Source: Ranitomeya imitator (Eukaryota). Taken from it: 64,000 bases of DNA. The notes beneath the pieces were generated by a model, which saw only the letters and a list, made by a program, of their open reading frames with translations, searched no databases and had not been told where the DNA came from. Of this stretch, positions 36,547 through 49,680 are shown one piece after another; the stretch's first letter is position 1, and every line of letters begins with the position of its first letter. The stretch lies in contig NC_091282.1 of the NCBI RefSeq assembly GCF_032444005.1, positions 519,250,001 through 519,314,000 of the forward strand. Direction: 5' to 3'. The translations under genes and the position numbers were made by a program.

Positions 36547-39500
36547 AGTCAGAGGGGTGTGTTTATATTAAAAAAAAAAAAGTTTGTATTTTTGTTTTAC
36601 CGCTTAACTTACTGGGTTAGTAATTGGGCTGTCTGATAGATGCCTCTACATTGCTAATCCCATAGCTTGATGCCAGCTGACAGTACAAAGTTGACAGCCC
36701 TAAAAAATATTGTGCCAATTGCCACCACACCAGGGCAATCGGCAAGAGGCTGGGAACGGCCAAATAACCGTGGACCTTACCAGTCTGCTGTCTGCTTTAC
36801 CTGGGCTGGTTATCAAAAAATAGTGGGGACCCCATGTCGTGTTTTTTTTTTTTTTTTTTTTTTTGTATAGATGCTTTTTGGGCTGTGTGCGCTTCATAAA
36901 CCCACTTTACAACGCATGTCCCTCCTTTTTTTTTTTTTCTTTTTTTTTCTTTTTTTTTCCCCCCTTTCACTCAATTTGTCGGGCAGTGGCTTTTTCATAG
37001 AGCACACAGGAGGGCTTAGATGAACGTTCCTGTGTATTAGAGAGTTGGGAGAGAGAAAGCTGTTGCCAAACCGATAATATTAAGACCAAACCTCATCTGC
37101 TTAGTCATTTGTGAGTCATCAGTTTGAACACATCCAGATCTAGATTCAAGGATCCTCTTGGATTTCTCCAGGATATTCTGTTTTATTTCTCTAGTTTCTG
37201 GGCCAGGCTAGTTCTTATCACACTATAACGACATTGCTTACTAGTGTTTTTACAAGTTTTCCTCAATGCAAAACAGATGTACCAAGGGAACTTCAACAGC
37301 ATTGTCACCTCTTCAGTATAACCTTTTTATTGGCTCTGTTGTAGACGTTCTCAATATGACCCTACAAAACCAAGGTGAACAGTTGTTGTAATGGTGTTGT
37401 GTGTTTTTATTTGATTTTTGGTAGTGAGATTTAAAGGGCTACTGTGCACACACTTGTCCACACTTTTGGATTAGTCCGTGTACTTTTACGAAGTACAGAA
37501 AAATTGTTTTCATTGGTGAAACTAAAGACTGGTCCATTTTTTGGCAGCTGCATGATTCCCATGCATGAGATCCCCCACTGTGAAAGTCTGATCTACGGCC
37601 TATAAGCCATATAGGAGATCAACCAAAGCTAATTAAAGTCTGATCCGTTGTTTATTCCATTCATGAGATTGCCTGTTTTTAATTCTGATTCTAATCCCTC
37701 TGAATTCTGCTTCCCCAGAACAGACAAATGCGTCTTTTCTAGCGCTCTTGCAAAACATTTGGCCTCTGATGAAAGCAGATCTGTCCTGGTGTGTTAGAGG
37801 GCTTACCGGTGAATTAGCTTCACGTACAGTGCTCCCAGTGTCAGGAATGACTTTACAAATGAAACATGGCTTTCTTCTGACTGCTTATGATTACACACCA
37901 TATGACTGGATCCATTCCGTAGTGTTTCCTGGTAAACGATGAGGCAGGTAATCAGCAGGTACCTGCTGACTGTGAAACGCGTGGTGGAATGGAGATTACT
38001 AAAAGCTTCTTGTTATGACACCGCTATAGTCCTAAAGCTCGTGTTTAGCATTGTGAATGTTATATATTAACCATTTCCAGGTATTTTCTAAGAAATGCAG
38101 CGTAGTCACCCCAGACTGGCGCATTGGTTACTGATTAACGTGGCACGGAAGAAAATGCTTAGTATTTTGTCAATGGGAATGCAGATGGAAATGTTTTCTC
38201 TGGGTGTTAGTTGTGCACTATTCTTGTGATGCGTTCCCTTTAATAATCCTAAGGATCACGCAGATGTTGTGCCTTCAAACTAATGACCTGTATGTTGCAG
38301 ACACTTTCAGGCTAATTAAATGTGTACCTTGATTGTAGAAATCTGTCTTGACATTTTAATAATCCAGCATTGAAATCTTATGCAAATGAGCCACAAGTGC
38401 TTTGAGGGTGCACTTGCAGCTCTCCTGCTCCACCTTTCTTCTTGTGTCACTCTCGTTTCAGTGACCCGCCTTCTCTGACCAAGCTCTCACAAGCGCTTAG
38501 ATACTTTCTACCCTCTCCACTGCAGATCTGTGTACCATCCCTTGTCTACTGCTTTCCCCAAAACAGGAGTAGAGGAAGAAGCTCTGAGTTTTTAACATTT
38601 TTTTTACAGAGCACTGAACTAGGGATTTAGTGAGGTTCTGCAGCAGCAAAATGGTAGAAAAACATTTAATGAAGACTATATAGAAAGCTACTGAAACTTT
38701 TGCCTTTAGGAAGTAAATAGACAATGAAAATTCTACGCACAGGCGTGCATAGCCTCCAGTTCCCCCCACGCTATTGTCAGCTGGACAGGTACATTTCCAT
38801 TGTGCAGTGCGCATCATTGGACGACCACCGACAAATAACACGTTTGCCCTTGCAGTCATTAAATATCCTGTTTACACAGGCCGGCCCCACTTGAGTTGCG
38901 TACTAAGCGGCCGTTCAGCATAGGCTGCCATTGTTCTCCGCAGTTCAGGTCCTGTTTACACAAGACGATGCGCCGGCGAGAACCGTTCTCTTTTGTGCTT
39001 CATCATCACTACGTGACCCAGCCGTCAGTTACTGTAAACTACAACTGGAAAATGTAAAAGTCAGATTTTATTTATGTAAAAGCAATGTTCTACATGATTC
39101 CCTCTGTCTGGTTTATCACAAGATGTGACAGGCGGTTACAAAGAATCGAAGTCTTTCATAAAGCTGTCTACATAGAATTCTGGGAGACTGACCGTGGTGG
39201 TGGTAGATGGTTGGTCTTGAACCTGTAACTGCCATCATGCCCTGACTGCCACTGGCTTTCATAGGGGCTACTTGGGGACTTGCATTTCCATGATGATGTA
39301 AGATTTTCTGGGAAATGTTTTCTGTTTTGCTAGTGCCATAAAAATTTAAATTTCCCCGTGAGCTCGACAAACTCCCTTCTGGTGTTGATTTATCGCTTCC
39401 CACTGTCACCGATCATTTAGTTGGGAGTCTGAAGACGGAAACCTATTGATTAGTCATTACGTTGGGAATTCTATGAGCTTTCTTGGTGTTGTCGTAGACC

Positions 39501-40248
39501 AGGGGTTAAAAATCCCGTCTGCATTAGTCGTCATGAAGGAAAATAAATAATCTGGGGAGATTGCATTGCCATGTGTCTGTCTCCTTTCTCCCCGAGTATT
39601 CTCTAAACATTGGCAGCATGGAGGAATTATTATTCAGAAATGAAATGTATTCGCACTCAGTAAAATGCGTTACTTTTCAAAATGACACCGTGATTCTGCA
39701 ACTTCACTTAGCAGACAAGAATTGTGCCAATAAATCTGCTCAATTTTAAGGATGTCAGCGCATAATTATACCCATTTGTTCTCCATAGTGATTTCTAGTT
39801 ATCCTGAACATAAGAGTATAGTTAATAGGGTAAGTCTGTCTGGGCTTCCAGTTTTTTATACATTTTAGGTATGTTGATTGTTGGTAGACTTTGAGCTGCA
39901 TTGTGCTTTTACATTGTTTGAGAAGTTTATACTGGTTCTGGGAAAAGCATTCAACAAGACTTGCGACAGTTGCGTCATCTGTTTGTAATGATGTTCTTTT
40001 GTTATATTTTTTTATTGTGCTTTTCTTTTTTTTTCTTTTTTTTTTTACTCCAAGCTCCTACTTTTTTCTATGAGATTTTCCTCTTCCTTTCTACAGAGAT
40101 GTGAATGGAAAGTGTAATCGCTCTGAAGGGCTAAAAATGGCTGCTGTTCATTATCTGTGCTGACAAACTACCCATTGTGGCACTAGTCAACTCCTGGTTG
40201 GCAGTGTTTCTGCATTGTTTTTCATTCTGAATACTTAATCCTGATAAC

Positions 40249-40516
40249 TAGTGATGAGAAAATGTGCTCGGATTAGGTGTTATCAAAGCATGCTTGGATG
40301 CTAAGAGTGCCTTTGGCGTGCTCAAAAAATATTGACAGCCGCAAAAAAATGCGGGGGTTGCCAAACGGGTAATCCCTGTATAAATTGCGGCTGTCAAACA
40401 GCTGCGAGACATCCAGGTGTGGAGTCTCGTACATACTATTGGAGCACGCCGAAGACACTGTTGGCATCCAAGCATGCTCTGATAACACCTTATCTGAGAT
40501 TGTTCGCTCATCACTA
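40249..40516. mobile_element. hAT-type MITE (TAGTGATGAG family)
   Basis: TAGTGATGAG ... CTCATCACTA; flanks CTGATAAC / TTAATAAC (6/8 match). Confidence 0.75.
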
Positions 40517-40748
40517 TTAATAACCGATTCCTTTTTGTGATGTAATCTGAGGCTATGTGCGTATTTGCTTGCAGAAATCTCTGCAAGGTTTCTGCATCTC
40601 TTGGTAAGAAAAGTGTGTTTTCTGTATGCTTTTTTTTTTGTACAGCAATGACAGCTTTTTTGAGCTCAAAGCTATTGAAAAAAAAAAAGTTTTGTGATGT
40701 AGTTTCATGGTTAAACACCACCTTTTTCATGCTGATATAATGGCATAA

Positions 40749-41187
40749 AGGCCCCGTCACACTTAGCGACGCTAAAGCGATCCCGACAACGATACGACCT
40801 GTCAGGGATCGTTGCTTTGTCGCTATGTGGTCGCTGGTGAGATGTCAAACTGTGAGATCTCCCCAACGACGACGCATCGATGCGGCGACCTGTACAACGA
40901 TGTCACATGGCAGCTATTTCATGACGATTAACAGACCTCAATGAGGGACGTCCTGTCATGAGGTCGTTGGTAAGGTGTCAAACACAGCGATGTGTGCTAC
41001 TCAGCGGGACCTCAACGATCAAAAAAAGGTCCAGGCCATTCCGACACGACCAGCGATCTCACAGCAGGGGCCTGGTCGCTGCTACGTGTCACACATAGCG
41101 AGATCGCTACTGAGGTCGCTGTTGCGTCACAAAACTTGTGACTCAGCAGCGATCTCGCTAGCGATCTCGCTATGTGTGACGGGGGCT
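40749..41187. mobile_element. Harbinger-type MITE
   Basis: TAA|AGGCCCCGTCACAC ... GTGTGACGGGGGCT|TAA. Confidence 0.85.
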
Positions 41188-41249
41188 TAAGGGTAATGGG
41201 ATTAGGGCTTGGTGTCAGCAGCTGTCATTGACACCAAGCCCTAGGCTTA

Positions 41250-41984
41250 GGGTACCGTCACACTATACGATTTACCTACGATCACGACCAGCGATACGAC
41301 CTGGCCGTGATCGTAGGTAAATTGTAGTGTGGTTGCTGGGGAGCTGTCACACAGACAGCTCTCCAGCGACCAACGATGCCGAGGTCCCCGGGTAACCAGG
41401 GTAAACATCGGGTTACTAAGCGCAGGACCGCGCTTAGTAACCCGATGTTTACCCTGGTTACCAGCGTAAAAAAAAACAAACAGCACATACTTACGTTCCG
41501 GTGTCTGTACCTTGCCGTCTGCTTCCCGCACTCAGTGACTGTCTGCCGTAAAGTGAAAGCACAGCACAGCGGTGACGTCACCGCTGTGCTCTGCTTTCAC
41601 TTTACGGCCGGCAGTCACTGAGTGCGGGAAGCAGACGGCAAGGGACCTGACGTACACCAGAATGTAAGTATGTGCTGTTTGTTTTTTTTTACATTTACGC
41701 TGGTAACCAGGGTAAACATCGGGTTCCTAAGCGCGGCCCTGCGCTTAGGAACCCGATGTTTACCCTGGTTACAAGCGAACGCATCGCTAGATCGGTGTCA
41801 CACACCGATCTAGCGATGACAGCGGGAGATCCAGCGACGAAAGAAAGTTCCATACGATCTGCTACGACGTACGATTCTCAGCAGGATCCCTGATCGCTGC
41901 TGCGTGTCACACAGCGATATCGTAACGATATCGCTGGAACGTCACGAATCGTACCGATCGAAATGGCACTGTGTGACGGTACCC
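41250..41984. mobile_element. Harbinger-type MITE, family B
   Basis: TTA|GGGTACCGTCACAC ... GTGTGACGGTACCC|TTA, with perfect TIR and TSD. Confidence 0.92.
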
Positions 41985-44666
41985 TTAGTAATGAAAAGGT
42001 GTCGGCCCGAAATCTTCATCTACTAAACAAACACACGCATAGGCTGGAGACAATGTAGGAGTGCTAACAGAAGGAACGTTCATAGGCTGTTACCATACGG
42101 CATCTGTTAATTTTTAGAGAAAAAAAATTGAAAAGAAATTGCGTGGGCTCCCGCGTAATTTTAATAGCCAGCAGAGGAAAAGCTGAGGGCTGATGTTAAT
42201 AATCTGGGAAGGAGCCAGTAGCTATAAAGTTTCCCAGACTAACCACTAACAACCCACTGATTTTATTGATACGGCAACCAACAATGGGTGTACCTTTCAC
42301 CAAATGTTTCATGTTGAACTGGACACGTGATGTAATGGTGGCTGCAGAGGGGAATAAAACGTATGCTTTTTAATGGGTACAAAAACGCTGCAGATTCACA
42401 AAAAAGTGACATGCTACTTCTTTTAAACCACAGTGGATTTTCTGCAAAGTGTGCACAGCATTTTTGTTTCTCATTGATTTACATTGTACTGTAAATCAAT
42501 TGCGGATCTGCAGCAATTCTGCACCTCAAAAAACGCTGGGGATCCGTAGAGAATCTGCAACGTGTGCACATACCTTAACTCTTCACGGAGCCAGCACAGG
42601 AGGTGAGTATAGGTTTATTAACTTCATCCGGGCTGAACAGTTAGTTTAAGAAAGTGTTGTCATAATAGTGACAACCCCTTTAAATCCAAGTGGGTGTTAT
42701 CAGATCCTTTTCACTGGGGGTGGGGGGCTGCTGTACTTCTTTTCTTTGTATGATTTTCTATCTTGTATAACACCCACTTAAACGTCACTTTACCAATAGG
42801 TTGAGCACTAATATCTCTGCAACAAAGGAGGTTGTTACATTAATGAAAAAAATATTCCACTCTTTTACCACGACTATTTGATGTATCCAAATAAACTTTA
42901 AAAATTTGTTGAAAGGTCCTCACATTGCTGGAATCGGGGTCTCCGCCCACACATCATGCTTCTCTCAGATTACATAGCAAAACCTGCTGACAGATGCCGT
43001 TTTATACACAAACCAAGAGGCAGAGCATGTTTGCAAGCTTTCTTTATCTTGTAGGATTCGCTGACTTTTTTTTTTTTTTTTTTTTGTGGCCAATTCAGCA
43101 AAATGTTGCAAGCAGATTAAGTTTTGCTTACAATTAAAAAAAAAATGTTTCTAACCATTTTTGTGTTTTTTTTTTTTTTTAATTATTACATACTCAAGTC
43201 ACAAATGTCGAGCGAAAATCTCTGGAAACCTAAACTACTGCAAGAATGTAGGACTTAAAAACCCAGCAGAATGCGTATACAATAGACTCCAAAAAAGGCC
43301 AAAAACTGTTACAAGTGGAACAACGTAACGGGCCCTTAGTGACATGATGGAGAAATTCAGTCTTCATGGACTTGGATGCATTTCTCCAAAGCCCCCCAAA
43401 TTACACTATGATGAAAAGATTTTCCTTAGAAGTTTGAAAATGGTTCTCTAGTACAGCAGATTTATTATTTAAACCCTTTAAAGGTTTTTTTCAGACTCTG
43501 CCTATTATAAGGATAGGAGACCAATATCAGATACTGGGGGTCCAGCATTCGGCACCTCCACCGATCAGGTGTTGCCAGCTCCTGCGAGATGTAAAAAGTG
43601 CACGGTGCTGTGCTGTTCTGCCTACTATCCTGATGTAGCCATGTTTTCCACCACCCTACAGCCTCTGTGCACAGATGCCTCCTGTACATTAGTCCCTATG
43701 TTCTTTTAACAAATTGCGCTGTTGAAAAGTTAAAATAAAAATAGTTTATTGCCCAGATTTGCAGCCTTAGCATAAATTTCCTTTATATTGTAAATAATTG
43801 GTCTCTATAGGAATCCTACCATAATTGAAGTTTTGCGCTAAGCCCTACAGAGACACAGCAGCTGCTTCCGCTGCCAACGTGGTACATAATTTATCTCCAG
43901 ATAATCATAAATGTTTACAAAACCTAAAATGAGTTTGCCCAGAGCATTTTAAGAACCCTGAGCATTTTTACATCATTTCTAGGGTTCAACAAAAAAGACA
44001 AAGGACCATCGAGCCCAGCCTGTTATTAATCATAAAGGTGCTGATTCAGAAGAAGGGAGACGACTGCTTTATTATAGGATGACTGCAACGTGCTGGATAA
44101 AATGAGACATAAAGTAGTTTTCCCATTATGCGCCTGTAAGGCAAGTTGCCATAAATGTGTAATTGTTTAGTTGTAACTGCTGAGCCACCAGTATAATCTA
44201 TACTCCCGGACCACAATGTCCACCTCATCCGGGAGTGGGGGCTGGATACCACTGGTCTTGTGATAGCTGCAGATCCTCTCGTCATGCGAAAACCAGGCCA
44301 TGTAACTTTACTTTTTAGGATAAGGCGACGTGTCTCACAACACTGAATTTGCAGAGACGCGTTAGAACGTTGGATGTATCAATTTCTTATCGCATGGTGA
44401 CCTGCGACAGTCACATGTGTTCCAAATGGTGTTGGCTTTTCTGTCGCTGGTGGTAAGTTACACTTGCCGTCGGTGGCAGACTGAGGAACATTGGGCCCAC
44501 TAGAGGACTTTATTCTGAGGGTTCACCTATACAAAACCAATGCATTGTCATAAATGGGGTATTTCGAACCTTGGCTAATTTTCATCAGGCACTATATAAA
44601 GTGGTAAAGCCATAACATACACGATATTAGGATTGTGCTCTGCTTGTGGACTCGATCGGTTATCAC

Positions 44667-47600
44667 TAGAGATGGGCGGACCCCTAGATGTTTGGGTCCG
44701 GTGGGTTCAGCCGAACAGTTAAAAAGTTCAAGGTACCAGAACAGAACCCAGACCCCATTCACTTGAATGGGGGGCCCAAACATCCAGTGTTTGCCACGCT
44801 GTCATATGCTTGACAGCGCGCCAAACTCTACTTCTGATGGGTGGTAAAATGATTACTGTTGGAAAGAGCTGCGGTTCCCACGCTGTCAAATGACAGCATG
44901 AGCCAGCAGCTGTGATTGGAGGTATAAATTTTTATCTCCGGTGACTGGCATCAGCTGATGGGACTATTGCTCCCATCAGCCTACGTGTGCTGCCGCTGAC
45001 TTTTTCTCACTGTGCTGGCGGTGAGGGAGGGAAGTCACCGCAGTTCATTGGCTTGGCTTGGGAACACAGCCTCAGTGACCGGCAGTAACCTGGACAGTTG
45101 CATCTTGGCATATCTTAGATATTGACTACGGCTTGGGATAGAAATACGAGCAAGTGAGGGATATTGTTGTTTTTGTTATATTACAGGAGACAAGGGATTC
45201 AATGGAATGGGCATTAGGGAAGTATAATGGAGTTTCTTATTTTTAAATAAAAATGGAAAAGTGAGTTTGTCTTTATTTCAAACTAGCTGAAGAGCCCGGC
45301 GTTGCCTGGGCATAGTAAATATCTGTGGTTAGTTATAGCACGTCACTTCTCTTATTTTCCCATCACTCCTCTCATTTTCCCAATCACATCTTTAATTTTC
45401 CCCCTCACATCTCTCATTTTCTCCCTCACACCTCTCATTTTCTCCCTCACTCCTCATTCCCGCCTAACACTTGTCATTTCGACCTCACATCTGTCATTTT
45501 CCGATCACTACACTATTTTCCCTCACTCCTCTCATTTTGCACTCACACCTTTTCATTTTCACCTCACATCTCTCATTTTCACCTCAGTATATACATGTTT
45601 GTCATCTCCCTTATATATAGTATACACCTGTATGTCATCTCCTGTATTTAGTATATACCTGTATGTCATCTCCCCTGTATATAGTATATACCTGCTGTGT
45701 CATCTCCCCTGTATATAGTATATACCTGTATGTCATCTCCTCCTATATATAGTAAATACCTGTATGTCATCTCCTCCTATATATAGTATATACCTGTATG
45801 TCATCTCCTCCTGTATATAGTATGTACCTGTATGTCATCTCCTCCTCTATATAGTATATACGTGTGTCATCTCTCCTGTATATAGTATATATCTGTGTGT
45901 CATCTCCCCTGTATATAGTATATACCTGTGTGATCTCCTGTATTAGACCTCGTTAACACGTTATTTGCTCAGTATTTTTACCTCAGTATTTGTAAGATAA
46001 ATTGGCAGCCTGATAAATCCCCAGCCAACAGGAAGCCCTCCCCCTGGCAGTATATATTAGCTCACACATACACATAATAGACAGGTCATGTGACTGACAG
46101 CTGCTGTATTTCCTATATGGTACATTTGTTGCTCTTGTAGTTTGTCTGCTTATTAATCAGATTTTTATTTTTGAAGGCTAATACCAGACTTGTGTGTGTT
46201 TTAGGGCGAGTTTTGTCTGTCAAGTTGTGTGTGTTGAGTTGTGTGTGGCGACATGCATGTAGCGACTTTTGTGAGATGAGTTTTGTGTGGCAACATGTGT
46301 GTAGCAACTTTTTGTGTGTCGAGTTGCATGTGACAGGTTAGTGTAGCAAGTTGTGTGCAGCAAGTTTTGCGCATGGCGAGTTTTGCACGTGGTGAGTTTT
46401 ATGTCTGGTGCCTTTTGAGTATGTGCAAGTTTTGTGTGAGGCAACTTTTGCATGTGTTGCAAATTTTGTGCATGTGGCAATTTTTCCGCGTGTGCAAGTT
46501 TTGCGTGTGGCGAGTTTTCCATGAGGTGAGTTTTGCACTTGTGGCGAGTTTTGCGTGAGCCTAGTTTTTGCATGTTGCGCGTGGTGAGTTTTGAGCGGCG
46601 ACTTTTTTGTTTCGACTTTTATGTGGCGAGGTTGGTGTATGTGTGGTGAAATGTGTGCTGAGGGTGGTATATGTGTTCAAGCACGTGGTAGTGTGTGGCG
46701 CATTTTGTGTGTGTGTGTTCATATCCCCATGTGTGGTGAGTATCTCATGTCGGGGCCCCACCTTAGCAACTGATCGGTATATACTCTTTGGCGCCATCGC
46801 TCTCATTCTTTAAATCCCCCTTGTTCACATCTGACAGCTGTCAATTTGCCTCCAACACTTTTCCTTTCACTTTTCCCCATTATGTAGATAGGGGAAAAAT
46901 AGTTTGGTGAATTGGAAAGCGCGGGGTTAAAATTTCACCTCACAACGTAGCCTATGACGCTCTCAGGGTCCAGACGTGTGACTGTGCAAAATTTTGTTGC
47001 TGTAGCTGCGACGCTTCCAACACTTTTCATTTCACTTTTTCCCCATTATGTAGATAGGGGCAAAATTGTTTGGTGAATTGGAACGCGCGGGGTTAAAATT
47101 TCGCCTCACAACGTAGCCTATGACGCTCTCGGGGTCCAGACGTGTGACTGTGCAAAATTTTGTGGCTGTAGCTGCGANNNNNNNNNNNNNNNNNNNNNNN
47201 NNNNNNNNNNNNNNNNNNNNNNNNNNNNNNNNNNNNNNNNNNNNNNNNNNNNNNNNNNNNNNNNNNNNNNNNNNNNNNNNNNNNNNNNNNNNNNNNNNNN
47301 NNNNNNNNNNNNNNTAAAATGCTTGCTGTGCTTTTTTACAATACAACTCTAGGATTAGTAATGGATAGGTCTTATAGCCGACCTTTATATTACTAATCCG
47401 TAGGTGAAATTAACACAGGTGACATCAACCCCACAAATATGCACTCCATTTACCACCGCTATGGGGAAAGTGGGATGAGCCGGGCAAAGCTCCAGAATTG
47501 GCGCATCTAATGGATGCACCTTTTCTGGGTGGCTGCAGGCTGCAATTTTTAGGCTGGGGAGCAATATACATGACCGCTTACCAACCTGAGAATACCAGCT

Positions 47601-48004
47601 CCCAGCTGTCTCCTTTAGCATGGCTGGTTGTCAAAAAATGGGGGGGAAACCTACACCGTCTTTTACATTTTTATTTAAAAAATTAAAAAAACATGCGTGG
47701 TGACCCCTCTATTCTTGATAACCAGCATTGCTAATGCTGATAGCAGAGGGTTGCAGCCCCCAACTGTCAGTTTTACCTGGCTGGTTAGCAAAAATACATG
47801 AGATCCCACAACAGTGTGTGGAAGTTACACCTCTGATCACAGCTGTGGGTTCACGCTGTAATTTGACAGCGTGGGAACCGTGGCTGTCTGACCACGTGTA
47901 ATGATTTTAGCGTTGATAAGAAGCGGTGTTTGCCGTGTCTCTGCCCGAACAGTAGGTATTCTGTATGGACGCCGAACTTTTACTGTTCGTGTTCACCATT
48001 TCTA
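44667..48004. mobile_element. hAT-type non-autonomous element with a nested Helitron
   Basis: TAGAGATGG ... CCATTTCTA; TSD GTTATCAC / GTTCTCAC (7/8). Internal inverted arms at about 44870-44930 versus 47823-47883. Confidence 0.75.
45283..47314 (-). mobile_element. Non-autonomous Helitron with several internal tandem arrays; 5' end hidden in the gap
   Basis: A|CTAG at 45283 with hairpin GCCCGGC-GTT-GCCTGGGC (45294-45311). It holds a ~30-bp TATATAGTATATACCTGTATGTCATCTCC array (45600-45940), GCGAGTTTTG repeats (46200-46600) and a ~174-bp tandem unit (46850-47177). Confidence 0.75.
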
Positions 48005-49454
48005 GTTCTCACATGGTTGCTCAGATACTGGTGAAATCCAGTTGGCATCTGGTTCTCCCCTACTTAGGAGCCCCATAACATCTGCAATGTCTTGCATTAT
48101 AGACTTCCCTGAAGGAGAAGCCAGGGCCCGCTGGAGGATTCTCCGGTTCTCTGGTGGGCCAGTACAACCGTGTTTGCCAGAGACCTCAATGAAAGTCGCA
48201 CACGACATGTAACTTGTCTTTTGATTTTGGCTTTTTCATTTACAACAAGACACAAGCAAGTTGCTCAGTCTCACAAAATGTTTGTGCGGCCCTAGCCTTT
48301 ATGTCCTCACTAATATGAAATATTCTTCCCAATCTGAGTATTTGCTTTAGCCTTTTTCTACCAATTGGTACTTTTATTTTATTTCCCCTCACTCCTTGGA
48401 AAGGTGTCACACCAATTTGTTTACCGTTACTGCCCGCAGACATATTCACAATTTTACCACAGAATTTCTAACAAGCCCCTCATCTCAGGAGTGTGAGGTG
48501 ACACTATTCCACAAAGCACAGTCTATCCATGTTGGACAATGCATTCTTCATGATAGCTTAGTAAAACTTTGGGAATAAGCCTAAGTGCTTATCTATTAAG
48601 GCAGAAGCTAGAGAGCAGATATTCCCAAACTTCGCACATAGGAAATCCCTTCACGAGACGCCATACTGCGTGCACAGACTGTTTATACATGGTGGCAGCT
48701 GAGAGGTAGGCATGGCAGACACCACTGATATACACAGGCACCCTGCGAGCAGCTGGTGAGGAGAAAATAACCCACCAGAATGCTTTCCCTGTGTACCGGC
48801 AGACGCACTGCACTCCTCTATCCCAGCCAGTCAGTCATTAGAGTGGCTGCTGATAACCTAGAAAAACCTTTAGCCCATCTTAGGAACAAAAATGTCCTCC
48901 TCACTAATCCGCCACTGTCATCCAGTGTTTCCTGAAGACTGCAGGGTATCAGCTTACTTCCATATAATTGTTAGTTAAAAGTGAGGGCGCATTCATCTTT
49001 ACTCTTGGAGGGCAGTTCCTGAGACTGGCGCTGGCTAGACATTTTGGCATTTGTTTTCTAAGATCGGCGTAACTCCGGAGAAGACAAACCTAGTCCAACA
49101 CAGTGATCATAAGTGTTCACGTCCGGGGCATGGCCGCCAGTCTCCAGCCTTGTACAGAAGCATGGTATGCACGTGAAACGGTTTAGTCTTTCTTTTCCTA
49201 GATTTACACAATGTTTTACTGGCAGCTCCACCGTGTACCTTGTTAGTGGGTGTTTTTTTTGTTTCCCCTAATACATTCATTTTTAGCTTAAACTTTTTTT
49301 TTTTTTTATTTGATTATGAACATTTTTGGCATAGTTTAGCTTATGAACCACCATTCTATTCATGGTCTGTGGCTGTGGTGGTTTCCTACAGGCAACGCTG
49401 CATCGTGGACCATAAATGAAGCTGTTGTCACACATACTACTACCTAGCCACTGA

Positions 49455-49680
49455 GCATGGTGGCTGGGGTCCTGGGTTCAAATCTCACCAAGGACAACAT
49501 CTTCAAGGAGTTAGTATGTTCTCCCCATATCCACAAGGGTTTTGTCCGGGTACTCTGGTTTCTTTCCACGCTCCAAAGACCTATGGATGGCGAATTTACA
49601 TTGTGAACCCAATGGCGACAGTGCTGGTAATGTCTGTAAAGTGCTATGGAAAATGGTGGTGCTATAGAAGTAAAATAAGT
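49455..49680 (+). mobile_element. tRNA-derived SINE (V-SINE-like)
   Basis: GGGGTCCTGGGTTCAAATC (box B), then AAGGACAACATC...GGAGTT.GTATGTTCTCCCC...GGGTACTC.GGTTTC. Confidence 0.75.

Larger units (their letters stand above)
40551..42575. mobile_element. Older Harbinger-type MITE hosting two younger MITEs
   Basis: TGA|GGCTATGTGC left end and GTGTGCACATACCT|TAA right end. Pairing these two ends is an inference. Confidence 0.55.
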
